Position numbers and translations under genes: made by a program. Source: Pseudomonadota bacterium (lineage in GTDB: Bacteria > Bdellovibrionota_G > JALEGL01 > DATDPG01). From it: a DNA stretch of 40,065 bases. The notes under the pieces were generated by a model. That model saw only the letters and a program-made list of their open reading frames with translations, did not search any database and was not told the DNA's origin. Below are positions 1 through 7,264 of the stretch, in pieces. The stretch spans positions 1 to 40,065 of the forward strand of contig JAZDIZ010000120.1 of the NCBI GenBank assembly GCA_043804515.1. Direction: 5' to 3'. Positions within the stretch are counted from its first letter, which is position 1; each line of letters begins with the position of its first letter.

Positions 1-324
1 AACCCCCGTCCGAAAGCCGGTGCCGTCAAGCCTCTACACGCTTATCTCGCGGTTTGTCTTAGGCCTGCGATCTCCCACGAGCGGGATTCCGCAGGCGGCA
101 GCCCGAGAATCATCTCGCAAACCGTTATTCGGGCGCTCCGGTTCGCCAGCCTGCTATTTTAACGTCCTTCCCAACTAGCAGGTGTCACTGGGTCGGACGT
201 GCAGCTCTAGGCTGCCATTAAGAGTTGGTTATCAACTCAATTGCTCTACCCGTTTTACGAGGCCAGGTAGAAACCTCGGCGTGCCACTTGGCGGCGAAGA
301 CTCCCGTCGAAACCTGTCGCCCCC
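1..324 (-). ncRNA. ssrA: tmRNA (transfer-messenger RNA), 3' end runs off the window edge
   Basis: Minus strand starts GGGGGCGACAGGTTTCGACGGG (canonical tmRNA 5' end) at 324 and ends ...TGTAGAGGC...TTTCGGACGGGGGTT at position 1 (start of the T-arm). Internal tag frame GAT AAC CAA CTC TTA ATG GCA GCC TAG (233-207) gives DNQLLMAA*. Confidence 0.95.
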
Positions 325-561
325 TCAATCAGCGCTCGTCTTACGCAAGCACCTCATGAGCGGTTGCACTATAGCTCCCCGCTCCCCCCGAGAAAAGCCC
401 CCAAAAGGCATACCCCTGCCGTCCGCTCCAGGCAAGGTCCACAAGAAATGTTGCAAAGACATAGGAGAAATGCTTCATTCCTTCCGGAAATGAAGGACGT
501 GCTTCCGCCGGGAAGCGGCAATTGATATTAACCTTTAGTTTTTGATAGTTAGGGGATTGAG

Positions 562-1104
562 ATGGCAAAGCGAAAGAGAAGGGCGAAGAAGGGTTCTAAA
601 AAGAAGGTGGCAAGAAAAGCCTCCAGGCGGATTAAGGCGCGGCCCCGAAAGGCTCGCCCGGCGAAAAAACGAGCCGCTCCGGCAAAACGGAAGGCTACGG
701 CCCGGAAGGCCAAGGTTCGTCGCGCACCGAAGAAGAGATTGGCACCCCGGAAGGCCGCTCCCAAGAAGAGTGCGATCGCGAAGGCCGTCGTTACCACCAC
801 AGTCGTGACAGCCGGCGTGGTGGCCCCTCGGCCGGTACGAACGCCCGAGGCTTCACCGGCGGGGACGGAACCTTCCCGCCAGCCGTCTCGTCCGCGCCCT
901 CAGCGCCCGGCATACGAGGAATTCGATACTTCCAGCAAGTACTTAGAGGACGAATATGCGCCGGAAGAAGCGGACGACGATTTAGCCGAGGACGATGACG
1001 ACCTAGACTCGGACGAGGAAGAGGAAGTGGAGGACGAAGAGGACCCCGGGTTCTCCGCCGTGAAACGGGAACCTAAGATTGTTGTCCCGCCCGACGAAGA
1101 GTAG
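562..1104 (+). CDS. Histone H1-like Lys/Arg/Ala/Pro-rich protein with a long acidic C-terminal tract
   Basis: ATG preceded by AGGGGA; 38 K/R and no D/E in the first 74 aa, with PAKK/APKK motifs; about 27 D/E in a ~44-aa C-terminal block. Confidence 0.75.
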   Translation: MAKRKRRAKKGSKKKVARKASRRIKARPRKARPAKKRAAPAKRKATARKAKVRRAPKKRLAPRKAAPKKSAIAKAVVTTTVVTAGVVAPRPVRTPEASPAGTEPSRQPSRPRPQRPAYEEFDTSSKYLEDEYAPEEADDDLAEDDDDLDSDEEEEVEDEEDPGFSAVKREPKIVVPPDEE

Positions 1105-1669
1105 CCGTTTCATCGTCGGCCTGACGGGGAAGAACGCCGCGGGCAAGGGGGAGATCGGCCTCATCCTGAAACGCCTCGGGTACGCCTATTTTTCGCTTTC
1201 CGATGTCCTCCGCGAAGCCGCGGCCGCGCGCGGGCTTTCCCCCTCACGTGAGACCCTGATCCTACTCGGCCGGGAACTCCGCGAGCGCGGAGGCCCCGGT
1301 GTCCTCGCGGAAAAGACGATTCAAAAACTGGCCCAGGGTTCCTACGTCATCGACTCCGTCCGAAATCCCGCCGAAGTGGGATTGCTTCGCAAGGAAGGGC
1401 ATTTTTTCCTTCTGGCCGTGGATGCCCCTCCCCTCGTGCGCTTTGAAAGAGCCCGGACACGAGGGCGGACCGAAAACGCCCCGACGCTCGAGAAATTTCT
1501 GGAACTGGAGGAGAGAGAGAATTCGGTCAGCCCTTTGGCCCAGCAATTGAACCAGACCATCGAGCTTGCGGATGAGACGATCCGGAACGACCGCGGTTTG
1601 GCCGAACTCGAGGATTCGGTTCGCGGCCTCCTCCTTCAGCGCAAATTTCCCTGTCCTGCTATTTGTTGA
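1079..1669 (+). CDS. P-loop nucleoside monophosphate/dephospho-CoA kinase-like protein (UPF0200/AAA_18-like)
   Basis: IVGLTGKNAAGKG Walker A, then SLSDVLRE, LGRELRERGGPGVLA, VIDSVRNPAEV and VDAPPLVRFER motifs. TTG start (1079 or 1082) overlaps the upstream gene. Confidence 0.8.
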   Translation: MLSRPTKSSRFIVGLTGKNAAGKGEIGLILKRLGYAYFSLSDVLREAAAARGLSPSRETLILLGRELRERGGPGVLAEKTIQKLAQGSYVIDSVRNPAEVGLLRKEGHFFLLAVDAPPLVRFERARTRGRTENAPTLEKFLELEERENSVSPLAQQLNQTIELADETIRNDRGLAELEDSVRGLLLQRKFPCPAIC

Positions 1670-3809
1670 AAAAGTCCTTTACCGAATCATACGTCCCGAC
1701 GATCTCGACTCCCACCTGATCGCCGTACGTCATGCCTCTAACCGTGACGTCGCTTCGAGACGCCACCCCCGGCCGATATGAGGGAGCATGCGAACAACTC
1801 AGGACCAGAGGAAATAATGCCAACACCAAGAGAACCAGCACCCGCCGCCGCCTCCGTCCCCAAATCAGGCCGATCGGGGCCAACAGCAGAAGCGAGACCC
1901 AGCCGGATGCCTGAGCCTTAAACGCGTACGTCACGATGTAATTTCTGCTGGCGGACGCGGTCAGGGACTCATTTACGGTGAACGGGATTTTCCGCCCGTC
2001 TACGTCAATGGCGGAAGATACGGCCACCAGACGGTCCCCCGTCCCCAAAGCGCCGTTTCCATCGGCGTCCTCGTAGAGCCTGGCCTCTTGCACGGAAGAA
2101 AGATCCAACGTTCCGACATCCGTATACGTGATTGCCGACCAGCTGATGGTCTCGTCCAGCGCCGTGAACGTCTGAAGGAGCATCTGCTGCTCGCCCGTGC
2201 CCCCCTGATCGTTCGATCTTCCCACATCCTGGATCAGGAGATGCGGGTTCCCGCCCCCGAGTGTCGCCGTCAACTCGAATTGATCGCTTGCGGATGAGCC
2301 GCTCGAGTTGTTGATGACCAGAAGGTGGTACGTGCACGTTCTGATGCGCGGAATCGACGCCGGCGTCAATGTCAGGGTCTTGTCGCTTCCCGAAAGTGCC
2401 GACGTCGAAAAATCCGCCTGCTGAGTCCCGCCTTCTGAGTCTACGACGACAGGTGAGGTCGTGTCCGGGTACGGGATCGAGAATTCGGCATCGCATCGCC
2501 CCGCCAGATCCAGATCGACGCCGGAACTCAGCGATTTGAGATGAAACTGGGCGGATGTGACGCCCGGGGGAACCGTAATGAAGTACTCCAACTTGGGGAA
2601 ACCGGGCACGCAGTCGCCGAACGACGGACAAGGACTGAGATCCGGGAACGCGTGCTCCATCACGCCGGTCACCTTCGTGCCTGAAATGAGGCGGCCGTCC
2701 TCGTTCAGAAACAGGTTGATCTCGTTCGTCGAGCTTCCCTCGGTCACGCTCACCGGAGTAACGTCTTCACTTCCCCCCAGGGGGCTCACGTCGACGGCCG
2801 GGTCCCAGCTTTCGCTCGCGCCGCCGTACGATTCGCTGACGATGTACGGCGGATCCGGATCAAACACGTTGATCGCCAGAAAGATCGGCTCCATCCATGC
2901 GGTGTAGTTTCCGGTCGCGAGGTTTCCGCAGAGGTATCCCCCGTCCCCTGCCAGAACCTGATCGGAAATCCATGAGACGGCGTTGGCCCTTGGATTCGCC
3001 GCGTCCCGGCAGATCACGTTCACGCCGCGCACGCCGTCGCCGTTCCGGCGCAGGATCTGCCCCTTGAGCATGCCCCGGGCATCGTACGCCCCCGCCTTCG
3101 GATAGAGATATCCCAGGGAGAATGCGTCGTCGGGTCTCGGATCAAGAGACAACCCCGCAAGATTGGAGGGAATGATAGGGAACATGAGCGGAATGACGCT
3201 CTCGTTACTCTGCGCAAACGCCTCCTCCCAGTTCAACTGGACATGGGATGTGTTGAGCATGTGGCCGAATTCGTGCGTCAGCGTGAAGTTCAGCACATCC
3301 TCGTCGTTCCCGATGGAGGCGCCGTTCATGATCGCCAGGCCCGCAACGATTGAGTTGGTGGCATCGTCGAATGCCCCGGCTGAAGCCATCCCCAACGTCA
3401 ATGCGGCTTGTCCCGCATCCCCACCCAGCAGGGCGGTCAGAATGGAACCATCCTCGTCAAAGATCACTACAGTGTCGTTCGTCGCGTTGCGGGGCGCTCC
3501 GGAAGCATCCCGCACGACGTATTGGAGGTAGTTGTCCACGGTAACGTCCTCCGGCAACGCGGCACCGGCGGAAAAGGTCACGTCAGCAATCGAAACGGCG
3601 TTCCACCGCGCCAGTGCCGCAGCGACGGCGTCGGTGGCCGTCGTATTGTTGATGCTTGAATTCAAGCGGCCCGGGTCGACGTGGTACACGATGGGAAAAG
3701 TCTTCCACGTGTACGGCGTGCCGTTCAAATGGTCGATGAATCCGGCCGCATGCACCGTCCAACCCGGCATCAAAAAGATGCATACCGCCGTACACCACGC
3801 GCGCGTCAT
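1659..3809 (-). CDS. Exported metzincin/matrixin-like zinc metalloprotease with beta-sandwich (PPC/Ig-like) domains and a near-C-terminal hydrophobic hairpin
   Basis: Signal peptide (VHA|A); HEFGHMLNTSH zinc motif; PLMFP Met-turn; VDLDLAGR PPC-like segment; hydrophobic segments around RRRRR near the C-terminus. Confidence 0.8.
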   Translation of the reverse strand: MTRAWCTAVCIFLMPGWTVHAAGFIDHLNGTPYTWKTFPIVYHVDPGRLNSSINNTTATDAVAAALARWNAVSIADVTFSAGAALPEDVTVDNYLQYVVRDASGAPRNATNDTVVIFDEDGSILTALLGGDAGQAALTLGMASAGAFDDATNSIVAGLAIMNGASIGNDEDVLNFTLTHEFGHMLNTSHVQLNWEEAFAQSNESVIPLMFPIIPSNLAGLSLDPRPDDAFSLGYLYPKAGAYDARGMLKGQILRRNGDGVRGVNVICRDAANPRANAVSWISDQVLAGDGGYLCGNLATGNYTAWMEPIFLAINVFDPDPPYIVSESYGGASESWDPAVDVSPLGGSEDVTPVSVTEGSSTNEINLFLNEDGRLISGTKVTGVMEHAFPDLSPCPSFGDCVPGFPKLEYFITVPPGVTSAQFHLKSLSSGVDLDLAGRCDAEFSIPYPDTTSPVVVDSEGGTQQADFSTSALSGSDKTLTLTPASIPRIRTCTYHLLVINNSSGSSASDQFELTATLGGGNPHLLIQDVGRSNDQGGTGEQQMLLQTFTALDETISWSAITYTDVGTLDLSSVQEARLYEDADGNGALGTGDRLVAVSSAIDVDGRKIPFTVNESLTASASRNYIVTYAFKAQASGWVSLLLLAPIGLIWGRRRRRVLVLLVLALFPLVLSCSHAPSYRPGVASRSDVTVRGMTYGDQVGVEIVGTYDSVKDFFNK

Positions 3810-4393
3810 GGGTTTCCCCCCGCCGCCCTGACCAGGTCTTTCAATTGAACGAGCGTGAACGGACGGTGCTCCGTTGTCGCGGCACCGGAGATACCCAGAG
3901 CCTTGAGACGGTTGAGCAGGGCCGTGTTCTTGACACCATGGAAGAGTGTCTGGTTTCCGGATTCGTTGGCGATCAGTGTGTTGTACGGCTTCGCGGGATT
4001 CAGGAAGCGGAACACGCCTTGTCCCAGCGCCAGCGGGCTGGCAAAACCTATCGAGCTCGGCTTAGGCAGAAACACCACTACACGGTCGCCGGGCGTGAAA
4101 CGCGGCATGCCGTAGAAAAGCACTTCCAATTTACCGCCCGGACCCTTCTTGGCCGCTTGCCGGATCACAATCTCCGTCGAGGCCACGCCTTTGAACATCT
4201 CCTCAACACGAACCCTGGTCCGGATGGCCGGGATCCCGGACGGTCCTGAATAGTCTTCCTCATTACCCAGAACGGTTCCCATGAATACCTTCTGCGCGTT
4301 CGTCGCCAGCTTTTCGATGTTCACGGGAAGGATCAACGACGCCCACGCGGAGGGAGCCAGGAGCAGCCACAGAAAAAGAAGTCTTTTCACCAA
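3806..4393 (-). CDS. Exported protein, TIMP/NTR(OB-fold)-like, coupled to the metalloprotease gene
   Basis: Signal peptide (AWA|S); pattern IEKLATNAQKVFMGTV...RVRVEEMFKG...GMPRFTPGDRVVVFL...GQGVFRF; ATGA overlap with the protease start. Confidence 0.65.
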   Translation of the reverse strand: MVKRLLFLWLLLAPSAWASLILPVNIEKLATNAQKVFMGTVLGNEEDYSGPSGIPAIRTRVRVEEMFKGVASTEIVIRQAAKKGPGGKLEVLFYGMPRFTPGDRVVVFLPKPSSIGFASPLALGQGVFRFLNPAKPYNTLIANESGNQTLFHGVKNTALLNRLKALGISGAATTEHRPFTLVQLKDLVRAAGGNP

Positions 4394-5250
4394 GCAAACC
4401 TCACCCTGGCCAAAGCTTGGCCTCGAATAAACGACGGAACGCGATGGGTAGTAATCGGATTATATTCCAAAGAAGCCCCCTCCAGCTCGAGCACCAGCCA
4501 CTCCGCCGGGCGGTACTGCCCGCCGATGCCTAAATCGAGGGCTATCGATTCGAACGATCGCCCGTGGCCGAAAAAGTGGTCGTAAAAGACACCCGCTCTC
4601 GCAAATGCCCCCCAAGGCTCTTCGGCAAGAAACCGCCAGAGGACCACGGCCCCCGGCTGGATCGATTTGAACCCTCCACCGAAAGAAAGGCTCACGGGGA
4701 TTCCAAGGCCCCAATTTTCCGAGAGCGGGAAGTCGTACTCCGCACCCGTGCGGATCTGGTACGTCCCGAAATGATGGATGTTGTAAATGTAGCCCACGTT
4801 TATTGCCGGCCCTGAAAAAATCCGAGCGTGGGTTTCTTGTCTTTTCAATTCCGGCCGCTCCGAGGAGGCCTCGGCCTGCCCGCCGGTATCGAGCTTGGTT
4901 CCAAGGTGAATCCCGGATTTTTCAACCCATCCGGATGTCTCTCTTCCCCCGCCTTGAATGATCCGAACCCGATACCAGGCCGGCGTCTGGCTGATCACGT
5001 CCAGCTTGTCCCCTTTTTTAAGCCAGGCCAGAACCGGGGCCGCGTAATTCGGCTGGGCATAGGCGGCCACACTGTCCGACACAACCACCGCGGGATAGAG
5101 ACGGACCGCCGGAGCCGCTGCGGCCCCCGGCGTGGATTGCGTTTGGGACGCGGGGAGCCGGCCGCGCTCTCCGTCCTGCGCGCCGGCCGAAATGGGCGTG
5201 CCGACCGCCGCCAGCACGATCCACAACCCGATAAGATTCAATCTTCGCAT
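4387..5250 (-). CDS. Outer-membrane protein with bacterial SH3 domain and C-terminal beta-barrel
   Basis: Signal peptide (AGA|Q); SH3b-like LKKGDKLDVISQTPAWYRVRI...GWVEK; amphipathic beta-strands ending in an aromatic residue (RVRFAW). Confidence 0.75.
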   Translation of the reverse strand: MRRLNLIGLWIVLAAVGTPISAGAQDGERGRLPASQTQSTPGAAAAPAVRLYPAVVVSDSVAAYAQPNYAAPVLAWLKKGDKLDVISQTPAWYRVRIIQGGGRETSGWVEKSGIHLGTKLDTGGQAEASSERPELKRQETHARIFSGPAINVGYIYNIHHFGTYQIRTGAEYDFPLSENWGLGIPVSLSFGGGFKSIQPGAVVLWRFLAEEPWGAFARAGVFYDHFFGHGRSFESIALDLGIGGQYRPAEWLVLELEGASLEYNPITTHRVPSFIRGQALARVRFAW

Positions 5251-5337
5251 TTCTCGAAGTTCCCGTGCCTACGCTCTTTTGCGAAAAACCTTTCCAAACC
5301 TTCTGTTCGTTTTTATCCTAGAAAGATGGAGCGTGGA

Positions 5338-5838
5338 ATGATGAAAAGCATGTGGATTTTTGTGGTTGCGGTGGCGTTGACGATCTCAATGGGGGCCTGT
5401 TCAGGCAAGAAAGGACCCGAGTCGGCGGCCAAAGCACCGAACACCCCCGCCGCCAAGGCGGACACTCAAAAGGCGGTGGAAGACACCACGGCGGCCACAA
5501 AGGACGGCATCACGGTGGTTAAGGCCGGCGCGTGCACGTCCATCGAGAACCGCCAGCCTGTGGGCGAGGCCGCGGTTTTCCCTCCCAACGTAGGCCGCCT
5601 TTATCTTTATTCGAACCTTCGTTCCGTTTCCCCGGAACCCACATCGATTCTTCACGTCTGGAATTTCAACGGCAAGAAAATGGCCAGCGTGACGCTTCCG
5701 ATCAAGGGCGCCACTTGGCGGACGTACAGTTCCAAGACCATAGACCCGTCGTGGTTGGGGGAATGGCGCGTGGATTTGGCTACGCCCAAAGGGGAAGTCA
5801 TCAAGAGCGTCACGTTCCGGGTGGAACAAAAGAAATAG
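5338..5838 (+). CDS. Lipoprotein with DUF2914-like domain
   Basis: GGAG RBS before ATG 5338 (the ORF track start at 4828 is over-extended); lipobox MGAC; IENRQPVG...ILHVW...WRTYSSKTI...GEWRVD motifs. Confidence 0.8.
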   Translation: MMKSMWIFVVAVALTISMGACSGKKGPESAAKAPNTPAAKADTQKAVEDTTAATKDGITVVKAGACTSIENRQPVGEAAVFPPNVGRLYLYSNLRSVSPEPTSILHVWNFNGKKMASVTLPIKGATWRTYSSKTIDPSWLGEWRVDLATPKGEVIKSVTFRVEQKK

Positions 5839-5932
5839 TCGTTTTTCGCCATAGATAGGCGGGATTGCGCTGTTTTTGGGCACCCGTATCTGGGCAACTA
5901 GTTAGTATTATTCGGTTTATTCCGAAGAATTC

Positions 5933-5948
5933 CGGCACGATTCTTGGA
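5933..5948 (+). promoter_or_regulatory. Possible sigma54 -24/-12 promoter
   Basis: CGGCACGATTCTTGGA resembles TGGCACG-N4-TTGCW but has G in place of the conserved -12 C; lies in an AT-rich intergenic region just upstream of the next gene. Confidence 0.25.
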
Positions 5949-5964
5949 ATTGAAGGGTTCTAGC

Positions 5965-7059
5965 ATGCTTAGAACACTTCAATTTCTCTTCGGCGTAATC
6001 CTGACCGTGGCGGCGTTTCATCTCTCGTTCACGTCCTGTGGGAGCAGCAATTCGGACCCGACGCCGACTCCAACACCCACGGCCACATGGACCGCCGCGA
6101 GTACGACGACGGACTACAATTTAACGCTTTTCGCCAAGGTTTCAGCCACGTGCCCGCCTCATGCCGATCCATGTGTTTTCAACGCCGACCAGTGGGGAGC
6201 GGATCTGGTGACCGGTTCCAATGTAGGTCCGGACGGCCCCCTTGCTTCCAATACCGACGGCTTCATGTGGCGGCCGGCCAGTCTGGGCCTGGTGGACAGT
6301 TCCTCAATCGAATTCACGTGGAACAGCCAGGTGGTCGTAACCCGGATCAACCTGTACGACGACCCGATCAAGGACTCGCAGATCACGTCGGGTTTCGTCC
6401 ACTTCACCAACAGCAAGGACAACACGCTCACGTTTACGGACTTGAATTTCTACACGAGTCAGGCTCCTGCCGATGACGGGAAGACCGCCCTGGCGTTGAC
6501 TTCCAATACGAGCAACCCGGTGACGGCGGTACGCGTCTCCATCCTTACACATAAGACCCCAACCGGCGCCACGCTGCCTCCCAGCCTGCGGAAAATCGAG
6601 GTCATCGGCCATAGGGTGGATGAAGTCATCGCCGAAGGTGAAATCAGGCCCTATGTGAGCATTTACACCGTCAGCTCTATCTTCAATTCATACGATGCCG
6701 GTTTTAACAACGGGCCCAACCGGTCGTTCAAGATGAAAGACGACGACCCAGGCAGCTATTGGGCATCAACCAACGGTTCGAACGCCCGCGTGGAATGGTC
6801 GCTAGACCGCCTCTACACGATCACGAAGATCGTCTTAAAGGATATTTCGACGGGAACGTGGACGAGCGGACAGCTCCTTTTTATGGATGTTTCGGGAGAC
6901 CAGCCGCACGCCTTTACGAAGGCCGGAGACGGAACCGCCATGCTCACGCTCACGGACACGATTCAATCCCAACACATCCAAGTGCAGCTGACCGGCGCCA
7001 CGGCGACCAACAGCGGGCTCGCCGATATTTCCATCACGGCGTCCTACACGCCACAATAA
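5965..7059 (+). CDS. Thr/Ser-rich lipoprotein with two galactose-binding-like (F5/8 type C, DUF7402-like) beta-sandwich domains
   Basis: Lipobox FTSC-GSS; PTPTPTPT linker; repeated module IEFTWNSQVVVTRINLYD...ITSGFVHF / VEWSLDRLYTITKIVLKD...WTSGQLLF. Confidence 0.7.
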   Translation: MLRTLQFLFGVILTVAAFHLSFTSCGSSNSDPTPTPTPTATWTAASTTTDYNLTLFAKVSATCPPHADPCVFNADQWGADLVTGSNVGPDGPLASNTDGFMWRPASLGLVDSSSIEFTWNSQVVVTRINLYDDPIKDSQITSGFVHFTNSKDNTLTFTDLNFYTSQAPADDGKTALALTSNTSNPVTAVRVSILTHKTPTGATLPPSLRKIEVIGHRVDEVIAEGEIRPYVSIYTVSSIFNSYDAGFNNGPNRSFKMKDDDPGSYWASTNGSNARVEWSLDRLYTITKIVLKDISTGTWTSGQLLFMDVSGDQPHAFTKAGDGTAMLTLTDTIQSQHIQVQLTGATATNSGLADISITASYTPQ

Positions 7060-7264
7060 AACAGACCCGGAATCTGGTGTCGGGAATCCGTATGCCGGAA
7101 CCGGATCAGGTGTCCGAAAAATCTTAGGCGGCGGGCAATCAGGCACCGGTCCCCGTGGCCGGCAACAGGCAACAACACGTTTTACGGATGCCGGATCACC
7201 GGGACTGGGACTGCCGCCCGCCTGCCTGATGCCCGGATCTCGACTGTCCCGGTGCCGTGCCCCT
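7060..7264. repeat. Intergenic heptamer-rich repeat element, copy A
   Basis: Degenerate 7-bp period (cggaatc tggtgtc gggaatc cgtatgc cggaa); 18-bp GATCACCGGGACTGGGAC at 7194-7211 is the exact reverse complement of 21888-21905. Confidence 0.65.

Noticed and set aside
182..493. 103-aa ORF and the short MLHSFRK frame at 470-493
   Set aside because: The long ORF is antisense to the tmRNA; the AGGAG before the short frame is only 2 nt from the ATG, too close for a normal RBS.
4828..5337. N-terminal extension of the DUF2914-like ORF
   Set aside because: Antisense to the SH3/beta-barrel gene; the RBS and lipoprotein signal begin at 5338.
7060..7264. Possible CRISPR array in the repeat-rich intergenic regions
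   Set aside because: No identical 25-40-bp repeats with unique spacers, and no cas genes in the window.
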